A stretch of DNA of 64,000 bases from Catajapyx aquilonaris (lineage: Eukaryota), in contig JYFJ02000540.1 in the NCBI GenBank assembly GCA_000934665.2, positions 62,001 through 126,000 on the forward strand. The letters run 5' to 3'. Under the pieces are notes generated by a model. It was not told the origin of the DNA. It ran no database searches and saw only the letters and a program-made list of their open reading frames with translations. Every line of letters starts with the position of its first letter. Positions within the stretch are counted from its first letter, which is position 1. This document shows positions 1 through 14,500 of the stretch, piece by piece. Both the position numbers and the translations under genes were made by a program.

Positions 1-3000
1 AAAGGTGAATAATTATTTCATCGGAACGTAGGTAACATGTCAATTTTTGCAAATTTCTTCTTACTTTTCAAAATTAGTGTTTGCAATTATTGGCGTATTC
101 ACTCGTTTGCATTATCTCTCCTGGGCAAGGTGTTAACATTTCAGGGGTCTGGTGTCCTTTTTGACCTAAACACCTAGCAACTATGCCAAAAGACATGACA
201 AACAGTTTAGTATACTCCCAGTCCAGGTATCGTGCACGAGAGAGCCACATGGACTAGATCAAAACCAGCTTTCCCTTTAATTTGTGAAGAGAGTGCAAAC
301 TTCAATTCGCTCTCCGGAAAAATAACACTTTTGTGGGTTATCATGTTTTTCCACCACACCCTTCATATTTTCTGTCTGTAATATGAAACGTGAGGAACTA
401 AGGGGAAAGTTACACTGAAAATGTGCCTCATGCTCCCCCCCCTCAAAAAAATTTCACAAGCCTTTTAAGCCGACCCAAGCTCCGTCCATTTTTCGTATTA
501 AAAAATCGCCACAACACAGCGACAGTGACCAAACAGAAAAAAAATGAACAGGCTGAGCTTGGCAGTGAGTGTTGGTGGCGACCCCCCTGCGAAAATGATA
601 ACAATCCTTTCCTCCTGCAGTATAATCCTTCCTGAGCGCACCGGCGGCGATAAGGCGAACTATAGCTACTCTTCTCTGTCAGCATCAGGCCTAAAATGTG
701 AAGCCGGTTCGTGTGTGTTTTTGGGGGAAGTAGCCCACAGGATCAGCAGAGCAGCAGAGACGACGGATGAATATCCCAGGACACAAGCAGCAGCCGGCTG
801 CAGCTCTGATAAGAGCGGAGTGAATGCCACGCTTTCCACGATTAATCCGACTGCATTGTTGCATGTGGAGGACTCTCTCTCTCACTCTTTGCAGCTGGGT
901 TTGGGTCAAGGAATGTTCCAGGTTCATATCTGGAGGGGAAAACCCCGTTTTCTGAACTTTGTCGTTCACTATGCTAATATCCACTTTATTGGAGTACTAA
1001 TCGATGGGGAGGCCATACTGTAGTTAACCGCAGTGTAATGCGATCATTAAAGGAAGGAGAAAGAGAAGAAAAAAAATATGATAAGCGGTTACTGCCTGGG
1101 GCAGATGTTTTTGTTAATAGCTGAGGCGTTAGGGTGGAGAATATTGCGATCATTGCAACGATCGTTACGAATGTGGAAAAGCAACTAGTAGCAGAAAGTG
1201 TGCAGTGTTCAGATAGCGACGAATTTAGGACCGGTTGTATGAAAATAAACGAGGTAAGATCTATTAATTATTCACAACACATAATCCGACATAATTGGAG
1301 ATTTTATGCAATTTGCGTTTATACAACCGGTATTTTGACGTTATTCATTGCCTGCGTTTATAATTCTTGAAAAAAAAAATCAACCGGTTCACATTTTAGG
1401 AAATATCATAACAATTAATCTGTTTCTCTTAAATGGGGTTGCTGGAATGACTATTCTATCGCCTTCATTGTACACTATTATACAGCTAATAATGTACCTC
1501 TCGACCACTTTCAAATTTGAATAGTTTTTAGGTACTTGTTCGTTCCAAATGAATGTACCTGTGCAATAACAGTATAAGTCAACATTCAAAAGCCTCTCAA
1601 CGTAACCTGTTTTTTTTGTAATAGACGTTTTAAATTATGCAGAAGTGTCCTTCAGTAAAAAGGTCAACATCCATGGTAACCAACACCAAATACAGCAGCT
1701 TCCGGCTGTGTTTAATTTATTTTTGGTCCAAAATAGTTTGTGCACCATGTCATGAACGGTGCATATAAATAAGCCAGACAAACGTGATGTAGTACACGGA
1801 CTTTTTGACCTTTTGTGTGTCAGTCCCGAGCAGTCATTTACCCGGAAAGTGAGAGAACTCAACTATGATTAAATATTGTATTCTTTAGTAGCCACGTTCA
1901 CAAAGGAGCAATCGAAAGTTTGACTGATTCTCACTAGATATTTTTGAATCAACTCATGATTCAAGTGATTTCGACTCATTTTCTGTTAAAAATCGTTCAC
2001 TCGAAGGTGGAAAATATTATGCCTCACGCTAATGAACTTTTCTAGTGTGGGTTTCTTCTCTCCACAGTTGTTTTTAGCAACCTCTTTGCTTGGGCAATGC
2101 CCCCAGCCTGTACACTGCCAAACTTTACCGTCCATATTAATTTTGTTAACATAGCCAGAAACCTTCAGCGTTAATGTTTGGTTAGTGTGGCCAGATACAA
2201 CATAGCTTACGATACTGTACATACCTGTGGGGGGTCACACTGCGTATCCAGCAGCTGCCAGCTCCCGATTTTAATTAGGTAAATTTGACTCGTTACCTCT
2301 CCGTTAAAAGGGATCCAAGAAATGGCAGGCAGGTGACCTTTATTATCTCTAGATCTAGGTCAGGGTGGGAAAAAGCATCAGGTGAGGATGGCAATGGTGT
2401 GCATATAAGAAGGCAGCCGGGGGGATGTTTCTTATCCCCACGAGAGCCAGTGGCAGGGCCAAAGGATGGCTGTTTGATAAAGTTTGGGAGTGGCAGCGGG
2501 CCCCGCAGTCACGGCCCATTCTTCCTTTATGGCGTCAAAATAGGCAATCGCGCCCGGCGGTATCTCGTTCTAACTGGCCGGAATTGGATGGGATGGAATG
2601 GCATCGTTGGTGGCTGCAGCCAGGGACCCCCCCTCTTGCCTCTCATGGATTTTCCAGATAATCCAGGCACTGGAGGCATAAAGATAGGCCCAGCACACAA
2701 CCGGCCCGATTCCAGCACAGGGTGTTTCCCCATCCAGAAGTTTCTTGGCATTACCCCTTTTAAAAAAATTCTAGCTAATTACGTCTTAGGCGTGAAAATT
2801 CAACCGGCACTAATTACTGGGCAGGACTGAGAGCCTTTCAAAAAAAAAAGTGGGCAAGAAACGTCAAAATGATTAATGCCTTCTCCTCGGCAATTCCACG
2901 CCGTATCTTGAATTAATTACCGCATTAATGAGTTGACTTTGTTTCTTCAAATATTGACTCTCGGCAGGGAGAGTACCCTCCTCCCAAACCCACTCCCCGT

Positions 3001-5253
3001 TTCGAAACTTGGGTTTCAGGGCTCACAGGGAGAGGGGATGCAGCGCCGTTTCAACAAGATGCCGGGGATAAAGACACTCATTTGCAGGAAATTAAACATT
3101 GGGCAAATGTGGTGAGAATAACGATGCCTGCTCCATCGCCGAGTGTAAACAGCCTACTAATCACTTTTAAGCTCCCTCGGCAAGTCCGAGCAGTGCTGGT
3201 TTTGTACCAACTACTTTTTTCTTTGGTGGCTTGCTTCACTATACTTTTCCACCGCACAGAAATCCCTCGTCTGCAAATCATTCCGCCTAGTCACACACAA
3301 TGGGGCACGTTTTCCTCCAGGCCCCGAGACTCATAACACGTCTTTTACGACCTGCAAACATTTACTTACGGCCAATTCCTTCCAAGGGACGTCTTTCCGC
3401 CTTATTTCAAAGCCCATGATTAACATCCCTTTTTACAAAGAAAAAAAAGAAGAGATCTGCCCATAATACCTTTCAATCTAAAGACGACTGGGTTTAATTT
3501 CAAGCCTTATTATTGTGGAGAAATTGGATGTTTATTGTATACGTTTTCTGGTTTTAGCGTCGTGTGTACGTTGGCGTGATGAAATCCCGTTGGTGAAATC
3601 CGCGTCATATAATCCCTTAATCCCTACAGGACCTGGATGACATCGTGTGTATACTTTGGGGGGTACGGAGTTGAAGTAAAAGGGGGATACCCATCCCAAG
3701 CCCCCTCAGATCTGAAAGATTCCCCACGAGAACTAAAACCCAGGCTCGCCTCATTTCCTTCCTAATTAATGCTGAGGCTCGTCGTCGTGATGGCTACTCT
3801 AGGCCCCGTTATAACTAATCATCGCCTTTATGCAACCCCTGGTCCCTCGCTGGGCGCCAGTGCTGCTGCCCTGACTTTTGCGAAAGAGAAAAGCTGGGAG
3901 TTTAATCCCTCAACCCCTGCGGATTGTGTGCTGCCCTCCAATAACTTCATCAAATCACGCGGCGGGAGGGTTTTCATCACTTGTCCTGGTTTAGCAGAGA
4001 TAACCGCATGCTTTATGCTGCTCCTACGCATATTTCACTAACCCCGTGGAGAAATTCTGAAATTCTAATCATGGGTAAGTCCAGTAAAGGAAAGTCGCGT
4101 GACTTACACTGTAACTCATTCTGTACATTCTTCGCCGATTTTGGAACTGTATAAGCCGTGACGATATGTGACACCCTCGCAGCATTTAAAAAGAAAATCA
4201 GATCCGTTAGCACGGCCAAGCATCAAAATTCAACCGGATTGGATCCCAAATATATTTGGTCCCTTTTGGCGATGGATTTGCATTAGGACTGGCCCCACGG
4301 AAATGTATAGAGATATAGCCAGCCTTTCCTGATAGATGCCCGGGGGATTAGGGGAGCATAATTATCCCCCCGGTAGGATTTCATTAGCCTCATTTGCACT
4401 GCGACATAAGCAGGCAACGTGACGCGGCAAAATCCGCTCCCGAAAACTCTTCCAATTTATGCCTCTTTCAGATCCCCCGGATAAAGCTTTGCTCACATGG
4501 TCCAGACATGTACGTTTTACTGGGGCCAGCTCTGGAAAATTTCACACACACACACACAAAAAAAGAGAGAGAGACCGAGTGGTGCAGCCCTTTTGCAGTT
4601 TTATTCTGGACAGGCTTCAAATTCTATTGCGCTTCGTCAAAAACACGCGTTGGAAATAGAATTTCCGCACCATTTAACACGTCCACGATAGAACCCAAGT
4701 CAATTTAAATTAGGGGGGGCCATCCCCGTACAAAGGACCGATATAACTCCTCCCTGGAGGGCTACCCTCTGCAATATACATCGCAGCATCATTGGTCCAA
4801 GCGTGGAGATGCAAATCGAACAAGTTTGTTAAAGCGTCCGCTTTCCTCTGCACACAGAGAGAGATATTACCTCTGCCCGAATTAATTTAGGAATTATGCA
4901 AGTGAGAACCTCCTATACAAAACCAGGGCCTCTTCAATGCGGAGTTGTTACGTCAGAGAGGTCCGGGAACAGCCCCCCAACCGACTGTAATGAAATTCCG
5001 AGCTAATTGAGGAAAAGGCACTCCAGAGGAGGCATAAAATACATGGCGCCTGCCATGTTAATTACTTATTTATACCCGCACCGAGCCGTTTAGATTTGCG
5101 GCCGCACCGTCTGGAGACTTGTGCGAAAAAAGAGTCTAATACCTGCCCCTTTTTTCCAAAAAAATGTGCGTGCTTCTGTCGGCGCCATGTTAATTAAAAA
5201 TGTGCGTCGAGGGAGGTTCATTAGTAGTAATGAAGCGGCTCTGAGGTACTTAC

Positions 5254-5526
5254 TCATGACGTCCAGCCAGACTTGACCTTTGGCGTACTGTCCTTGCTTG
5301 TTGCTGGCCACGCATGAGTACAGGCCCTTGTCCCCTTGACCTTCGACCTTTTCCAGAAGAAGGGTTCCGTTGGTGAAGACTCTTTGGCGCAGGTGAGACG
5401 GAAGCTGGTCACCTCCTCGTTGCCAGACCACGGCGTGCAAAGGGTACCCGGCAACAGGACACTTCAGAAGCACATCGGTACCGGCCACCACCGTCACATT
5501 TCGACCACGCTTCACTGCAGGTGAAC
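5254..5526 (-). CDS. Dscam: Dscam exon: Ig6
   Basis: Acceptor cattttaaag|GT, with an alternative cctgcag|TG 12 nt downstream; donor ATGA|gtaagt. Encodes (G)SPAVKRGRNVTVVAGTDVLLKCPVAGYPLHAVVW...RQRVFTNGTLLLEKVEGQGDKGLYSCVASNKQGQYAKGQVWLDVM. 273 nt, phase 1 to 1. Confidence 0.92.
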
Positions 5527-8500
5527 CTTTAAAATGTTTAATAATGTTAATTAGATTTTTGCATCACTAAAACATTCATAACTTCTGCCAAATATATCAC
5601 AGGTGATACCCGAATTTTTTTAATACAGAAAGAGAAAGAAACGTGCAAGAGTTCAAAAGAAAATGCGGTTCCAACTTGGAACTCGAACACGACACTTTAC
5701 TGCAGATTTCAACCTTTCTGCTGACGCGTTACGAGCAGACTCAGGACTTTTTTGCACCCGCGTTACAAATTCATCGAGGTAAAGGCCCTGTCACTAGGCA
5801 GCTGAGAGAAAATGTGGCCGGGTGAGCCACTTTCCAGCAGATAAAATACCTCGGGTGTGTTTACCTCTCCAAAAAGACAACTCCCCTCTCGCATCAAAAA
5901 GGTGTTGTTATAATTCCCTTTTACAATTATCCGCAGCAGCACATCCAAAGGGACTATCCTAGAGAACGGAACCCCCTTTTCCTAAATATTAGTTTTGCTC
6001 TGTGAGTCTCCCGCGAGTCGGAAGATTAATATCGATTCTCCCCAAGCCGACAATGCCACGCTTTAATAAAACCGACAATCACCTTGGTGTAAATTCTCCC
6101 ATACGTGCTTCCTTATCACCCTTAGCAATTTCCGTTATCCACCACCCCAAAAAAATGCAGTGTATAAACAGAGCAATCGAATCCATAGCTCGAAGCTTGA
6201 AGCTCATTAAAACCTGTGTAGGTCGCCACCTTTGTTGCATCACGCCTCGTTGACTCAAACCGGCTGTTTGCGTGTTTACCTTTAATCCAATTAGTTTACA
6301 AATCAATGGGCGGGCTTTTGGACTATCCGGTCAATTTCAATCTGTGCAAAGAGGCCTAAACCCGAACAAATGTCGCCCCCTCCTCTCGCTGCCAGGGGGG
6401 TGGAGCACAAAATTGAGCTGGTGCCATAAAAATGGAGATCAAAAATTGAGTCTTTTTTTTGGAGCTAGAATTGATCGAGGTACATTGATTTGAGCCCCCG
6501 GGGGTTCTGAAATCCACTAGATACCAATATCTTGAGAAGAAAGTAGTGGGAGGTTGGGTGGAGGGCAAGTCGTATCTGGACGGTTCTAAACTGCAGCCTG
6601 AAGCTTTTGGCAAGCAAGTTTCTCCCCTGCCGTCGCTTTCAAATTGCAAGAGGCGCCTTTTGCTACCGGATCAGGTGGAGGAATGAAGAATGAGGACGCC
6701 AGACCCCCCGCCGGATTTTTTTTTTTGTGTGTGTATGTGTGTGTGGGCAGGATTTTCCCAGTGCTTTTCAGCTCAAAAAAATATCTTTGATCTTCTTTTT
6801 AAAAAACGCTAAGTAAAATTACATTTCTTAGGAACGGAGCCAGGCCGCTGATATTTGCCTGAGCTGAAAGAGAGTGATCATAAAATTGTGTTGTGCTTTG
6901 CGTACCGTATATTATGACACATTCTGGATTTACTATCAATATATGCGGAAGATCTTTCCTACGCGACGAAGTGGCGGGAGTCGGGGTGGAGGCGCGGGGC
7001 AGTTCAACCCCCTCGCCCCTCCACGTCGACTCCTGCCACTTCGTCGCGTAGGAAAGATCATCCAGATAATACATATTATGCAACCAGCACTATTTAATGT
7101 ATATGACGCATGTTAAGAGCATGCTCTGTACGTTTATGAAAATCTTGTTCCTGGACAGGGCTTATATAGCAATGAACTAAATTCGTGCGGGCCCTATTCA
7201 GAGGCCATTTTGGTAATCCTTTTGCAGCTCTTGCCGGAATAATCTTAGCCCCAGGAGCTTGCCTCTTGCAAGGAAAACGAGGCGGGGGAGGACTTAAGCC
7301 TGCTTAGGTATAGACTTGGCTGTAGATTCGTGCTGAATGCTTGAGAGCCTGTTTCCTCGCCACCTTCCCCATCCCCCCAACTCCCTTCCCTTACCATCCC
7401 CCCACAAGGCCCCCCCCCCCCTTTTCACTATGATTGAGCACAACAAGGCGCCAGCCCCCCCCCCCCCTTTTCACTATGATTGAGCACAACAAGGCGCCCC
7501 CTCAGAGAGGCCCAGGCATGCTTTGCGGTCTAACATCATACAATGGAGAGCACTTTGTAGGAAATTGAACGCTTCCACCCGGCCGACTTTCAGTTTCGAC
7601 TCCTTGGAAAGTACAAGAAGAAGACGAGGACAAAAAAAAATGTGCGTGGGCTTTTGGGATTCATGTTAGTCTCGGCGCGTTTCCTAAGACTTCCTGCTCA
7701 ACGGTTCGATCATTTCTATCCTGTCGCTGCGACGGAGGCCTTTTCATACCAGGAGGTCTCTCTTGGATTGTGTATATTCGACTGAGACCTTACAAGGGTA
7801 CGGAGGCTGGGAAGGGAGCGATGTAAATAACGCAGCACCTTGGTTACCTATGGGAAATTGCGAGGTGTTCCAACAATGGCAGTCCAACAGGGGATGAATA
7901 AGATGCCGAGCTGAAGCGTGTGCACACAGGCTGTCGAGATCTGCACATTCTGGAAGCTTTCGGAGCCATTAATGTTGGATGGCGCCGTTTGGACCAAGTT
8001 ACGCAAGTTGGGTCAACATTTGAAGTGTTGCTATACAAGCTGCGTAAACTGTCAAATGCACACTTTCAGCGTAGAACCTTAGCTCTTTTTATTACCATAC
8101 GCCATTCTCTCAAAGTCAGATGACAGTGCAAAATGAAACAACAATAGTGAGACCACCTTCAAAGGCTCTCCAAACACTCACGGCGTCACAATTTCGCTCC
8201 AATACATTTGGCACATGAAACGATTGGAAAGAAAAAGGACGGAAACCTACCATACACGTTGAGTCCCGCCGAATGCTGTGCGCTGCCAATCATGTTCCTG
8301 GCCACACATTTGTACTCTCCTCCATCCTCCACTCGGACGTGACTTATGTTGACGTGGCTGATCACGTCTCCAGCCGCGTCCACATAGCTTCCTAACGTGA
8401 ACCTCGGGCTGGGAAAGGCCCTGGGAGTGATTTCGGCGTCGTCGAAGTACCAGAGTATCTGAGGAGGCGGGCTGCCCGACGCTGTGCATTTGAGCGAAAC

Positions 8501-11500
8501 AGATGGACCTGGCTGGAGTGTCTGTTCTATGAAGGTGTATTGAAGTTCAGGAGCGATTGCTGAAAAAGTGTGAGAAACATTCGATTGAAATTTTAGCGAA
8601 AGTGCCCATTTAAAAAACCAACAACTAAATATCACGCTTGGACACACATTAATAACTCAAAATCAAACGTCTCACAGAAATTTTATTGTTTCAGCTAAAT
8701 AATGTCAATATTGGTTTGGATCAAATTCGTGCTTATTTGGCGATATTTGTCACCTGAATTTTAGGAAGAGTGGACTGGTTTTTGGCATGAGAAATTCGAG
8801 ATGGGGTGGTGTTGAATTCGAAAATTGTTTCGACGTTTCAAGTTCGGATGACAGCTTGCGAGGGATCTGAACAAAAGCTCAACACGTCATCTACGGTTTG
8901 GCAAATTTTATGGAATGTGCGACTAGAGAGAGGGTTTTTTTTAAAGCGGGATACAAAAAAATGTGCGAGAGAATAAATCTGCATGATTCATGTGCAAAGG
9001 GAATAGTGCAGACCTCCGTGAGTGGGATTAATGGACCCAAGTGTTAATCAATTCTTCACTGCAACCTTTACGGTCACCGTACTGGCGCACTCACTGTACG
9101 GCTGTCGGCATGAATTTGCGAAATTAAACCCCGAGAAACGAGACGGACCGCGTGAAAAATTAGACATGGTGGTGCAATGCCCAAGTCCGCACTTCAAGAG
9201 TGAGATTACTGTTTAAAAGCATTACTTTTTCACCAGTTTAAACCAGAGTTGAGTGAGAAATTATTACTGCTAGTGCTATGATTCTAAAATACCAGTTATC
9301 ACTAGCCTTTTTGCGTTACTTGTAATTTCTCAAAGTGGTCGGGTACATACTCGGATGTAATGAACACTTATAATTTGTGTGCAGTTTATGAACCGTGGAC
9401 TTAGCCCTTACATTATGAAGACCACATGAAATGATCTCTTCAAAAAAAAATCCAGCACACATTTTGGAGCCCTGAAGGTACCGAGTACATTAGTGAAATT
9501 AAAGCTTAACAGATCCTCTTCCAGCCGTTGTAAAGCTCAAACAAAACAAAAAAGTCCTTGCAATTTACTAGGAGCGTTTTATTCATTGTCGTCTAGTATT
9601 CTGGATTATCCAACTTTGCTAAATTAGGGTATCGAAAGGCTAGCGCGGTTTTCGACCTGAAACCACCGCGTGCCCCGCAGTTGTAATAAATTGCCAAAAC
9701 TCAAAAAGAGAGGCTGGAAGCTCCGCTATTCATTAGGTAAACCTCCCCCTCGTATAAACCGCATATGTTAGATCTCCGTCTGCTTTTCCGCTCGATCCCC
9801 AAACACACCCGAATTTCTACCCCCTGGCACTTGTGTCACCTCTCGACTGCGATCGATTCCCCAAAAACACCGCAGGGGGAGGATGAAGCCACACTATATA
9901 ACCCACCCCCTACCATCCTAAAATTAATAGTCCGCCAGAAACAAATTGCTTCCTATTGAAACAATGGCCCGGTTAGCTCATATCAGCAATTCGAAAACAC
10001 GGGCCGGAACTGCAGTGTCACTCGTAAGTTGAGAAACATTGCATACACTGAGAGCTGCAATTCATTTAACAAATTATTTTCGCAATAGTTATACATTTAG
10101 GAGCTTAATTAGGCCTGGGAAATAATTTAAATTATATTCAACTAGCAGGATACCTGTCCTTCGCATGGGAATTGAACAATCCCGTTGCTACAATAACACT
10201 GTTGACATCGACACCCTATTGCTATGGCGCCATAGTTGGTTGCCATCGGTAGAGGGGAAGGGGGAAATGGGACAAACAGACAAACTTTGGTTATATAAGA
10301 TAATCATATTTCTTCGCAGTGACTGTGTTGGTCACACGAATGCATATAGAAAAAGGGTTTTGTTCTTTACCTCCAAGGTTGAGCTCGGCACTTCCCTGAG
10401 CAGAATCGCCGTTTCCTTTGGCCACACACTGATACATGCCCCTGTCCTCCCTCTGGACTGGCTGGATCAGGAGGACCTCTGACCCCAAGAGACGGACCCG
10501 TTGGCTGGTCACTAAAGGTCGGCCGTCTTTCAGCCACGTGGTTCGGATTAGGGGGAAGCCCATCACAGAGCAGTTGAAGATGGCAGTTTGACCAGTGTCC
10601 ACCACCTGAGAGTCAGACAACGAACGCGACGGTCAGTTACACTAGGACTGATATTTCCAGTAAGGTGCTGCCACCAGCGGGCAGAGTGAGAGTTATTACC
10701 TGCTGTTGTGGCTGGATGTGGGCAGTGAGCTGGGAAGACACGGACAGCGCCAGTTCTCTCCGTTGTTCTCCAACCGAGTTCCGGACCACGCAGACGTATC
10801 GGCCAGCATCGGCCGGAAGTGCTCTGGATAGAAGCAGGATGCTGTGTCTTCGGCTTAGCCTCTGACTGCCTTCCACTTCCACCAGCTGACCTCCACTCTC
10901 GCGATACCATCTGTGAGGGATTTACAAAACGAGGAAGGAATAATGTAAAGTTACGAGCCTACATAATCGCCACTTTGTCCGCAACAAACGAGCGGTTACG
11001 ACCCAAAATAGTGTGCTTAACGCTAATCTTTTGTTTTTCAGAAGGAAGTTTCTTGACCTCATTTGCTCCGTTTTCAGGAAGCTTTCCGAGAAAACGCAAG
11101 ATTCGTATCGAGGAAAAAAAAGTCGTTGAAACTATCCATCCGCATGCAAATCTCGAATTAACTTTTGACACAATGCGAGAATTAAATCCGCCTTCACATA
11201 ATGCTCCCTTAAAAGCAGGCATAATGATTCGTTCCCCCGGTCCCACTCGCGGTACCCGGATTTTAGTATGAAAAATAAAAAATTCGGGCAAAATCCGGCC
11301 CGGTTCCTGAAAGTGATTGACACACAAAGAGGTAGTTCTCCCAACCCAGCCAGCTACCTTTGAGACCCCATTTCGGTCGGTCTGTGAGCAGGAATTTATT
11401 GCACAAGGGAGCCTGTGCCCAGAAGAAAACGTGATTTCAAGTCCATTCCCGCGGCCTGCGAGTCGAAACGAAGTGGCCGTTCCCCGATCCCGAAGTCAAT

Positions 11501-14500
11501 AGACCTTGTGAATGCACCTGAACCACTCCCTAACCATTTATACACCACGGCATTTTGCCAACTAATTGCTCTAGTGTAGTGTGCGCACATAGCCTGACAT
11601 CAAACGACATGGTCCACGCAATGTAACATTTTGTTGCATTCCAGTGCGATGTGACGCGTTTCGGACGCATATGAAAGCACGTTTGTTTCCACACCCAAGC
11701 AATTGATCTCCAGATATTGCTCCCAGGACTCGAAGGTTCCGCAATTTTGGAGCCAGGCCTTTCGGGACGCAACCGCCGTAAAGTTGTAAGAGTAGACCCC
11801 CCTGTTCGAGGCAATTTCGGGCCAAGGCGAAAGAATAGCAAAGGAGAAAAAAAGAAGAGGAAGAGAGCATAAAATGAGAGGCTTACTTGTAAGTTGGGGC
11901 TGGGTATCCTGTGGCTGCGCAGTCCAGGTGAGCCGGATAGCTTTCTTGGACCAGGATTGTGGCACCCTCGTTGGTCGTTATACGCGGTGGCTCACTCCTT
12001 TGAGGTTCTAACAAGAGAAGAAAGAGAAAGGTGAAGGAAGAAGAAGTAAGGAAAATTAACTTTAGTTGCACTTTGCGGACGATTTTTGAGCGTAAAAATG
12101 GGATGAAATATGAATCAATACGAGGCAAGGCTGTCACACCGAAATCGGCTTATTCACTTCTAAAAAAATGTGACAGGTCATTTCCAACATTTTTACTGAG
12201 ACATTTAGAAGATAAGGTCAGTTTCACTCAGATTTATTAAAAGTCGGGAGTTGTTTTGGCTAACAAATTTCAATAATAACAAAGATGGGTGCCATTTGGA
12301 CAAAAAAATGTATTGTAAGCAACAGCATGTTTAATAAATTGAATGGCTTGCTCCAACATTTAATGGGGAGTATATCAGATAAGGACATTGGCGTTATCAA
12401 TTCTTTTTCAACCCGTTTAACGACCTTAATATAATACTAATTTTCAACTTCATCAATCAGCAAAATGCACCTTACGAAATTATCAAAGCCAGGGTGACCA
12501 TGAAGGAATTGAACCCAAAAACAACCTGCGATAAAAGCGTATTTAACGAATATGATAAGTCATATTGCTGTCGCCCACGCTCACTGCCATGAAACACGCT
12601 GAACATAATCTACACACCATGTTTATGTTGCAATTAATATAATCGTGGTCATTACATGGAAATTACGACGTTTTTTTTGACATGTACTTATTTTCAGCCC
12701 GAAAATGGCCTAGTAGACTGATTTACCCATTCGGCAGCCAATAATTCAACGCAACTACCCAGAACCAATTTTTAACTGTGCTTAGCTGGAACACCGAACA
12801 TTAATTACTGTTTTTAATGAGTAGTTTTAATATCGTGACGTACCTATTCAGCCACTGTACCTGCTCAAATATTTCAGATGGCTGGAGCTTGAATTATGTG
12901 ATTAAAAAGTAGAGAGGCTCTGCACCGGGGTTAATAACGTAGAGTGCAATATGTGTAATTACATGCTGGAGCCATTACCCTGGATTTCAAGAAAAACAAA
13001 TCAAAACTCATACCTGAAACAGATTGTACTCACTTCCATTAGCTCCTTCAAGAGATATTTGCAGCATAATAACTTTGTACTGCAATCACTTTACGTGGGT
13101 TCATACCTCGGTTCAATAATATTTCATGCCACATGTTTTATTACATGTTCATGAGGAGTGAGCATGTGATTTTTACAATAGTAGTGACGATTTCCACATG
13201 GCTATTGGCAAATATAGCAGTGACCAGTCACGGTGATCAATAGCAGTTGTTTTTTAGGGTTTTTTTTTGTTTAAAAAAATTATATCGAATAAAAGTTCAC
13301 TTACCAGTAACAAGGATTTGCCCCGCTGAACTTGTGACCCTTTCTCCAGTCAGCTTGTTGCGTGTCTGGCATCGGTACCGGTAGTAGCTGTCGTTCAGAT
13401 TTATATCTCGGATGTGAAGGTCTCCTGACGTCGTCATGGTGTACCTGGAATTACAAACAAACCAACATTCAATATAGCTAGTAAATAGATATCAGCGTTG
13501 CTTCTGATTTAAATATCATTAGGAGAATCACAGTAACAATTAGTTCAATGCGCATAAAACTAATCCTTGAAGCAGATGCATCCATTTTGCACCGCCCAAA
13601 ATCGTGTCATGTGAGATACGCTCATGATTTATTGCGTCCGACTCACCCTGGACTTGCGGGTCTTAAAACCCACGTTCCTCTTCTTGTACCCTCCATAATT
13701 CAACCCAGCTTAAGCACGACCAAAACCGAGCTCAACAGACCTTATCATGCATGAAAACCTAATGCATTTCCATTAATTCATTATCGCGCCTCACACTATA
13801 ACGAAAACCCTCCCGCACTCTAAAAATTATGAGTTGTAGCAGGTACCCCCTGCAGGTGCAGACACAAGGAAAATCGCAAAAACTGCGTGCAGTATTTTAC
13901 CCCAGGATAAGCCCTCCACTTGCAAAGGCCCGCAGCCTCCATAATTCCCACGCAACTTTTTTAGTTCTCCGCCTCCTTTTTTTTATCCGACTCCTGCATC
14001 ATCACCTTGATGTGAAGCCGGATTAATAGAGGCCTTTAAAAAGCCTAAAAGTCATAAGCTCGTCTCTTCGGGTTTGCAATTAGAGGAACGTTAGTGCTGC
14101 CATGCGCGCCCATCTTTTTCTCTCGAGCCTCAGAAAAAAAAAATACAGCAAGCCCAGTGAATCCACCACACCCGGGGAGACTGCAATATTAAACGAGCAA
14201 AGTTTCCCTGGGAGATAAGGCTTCACGTCGACGGCCTTGCGAGAAAGAGAAAAAGAACGAAAGAGAAAGAGAGAAAAAATAAGCGTAGCATCCAGATTGG
14301 CGTCGTTCATCACTAGCCTGAGGGCCTGTAGTTGAGTCTTTTTCCCTCAGCTCGCAGAAGAGCCAACTCGATTATTAAGGAGAAAAAAGGCCCGGTTTTA
14401 GACTCAAGTCACGGCCGGTTCTAAGGCATGTATATCAATCATTCAGATAACATTTTCTATGCGTGATCAGACTCTTGTACAATATAAGAACTGGCCTGAA

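Noticed and set aside
544..1023. 159-aa plus-strand and 97-aa minus-strand ORFs as a possible Ig7 exon or nested gene
   Set aside because: They show no Ig motifs or recognisable domain.
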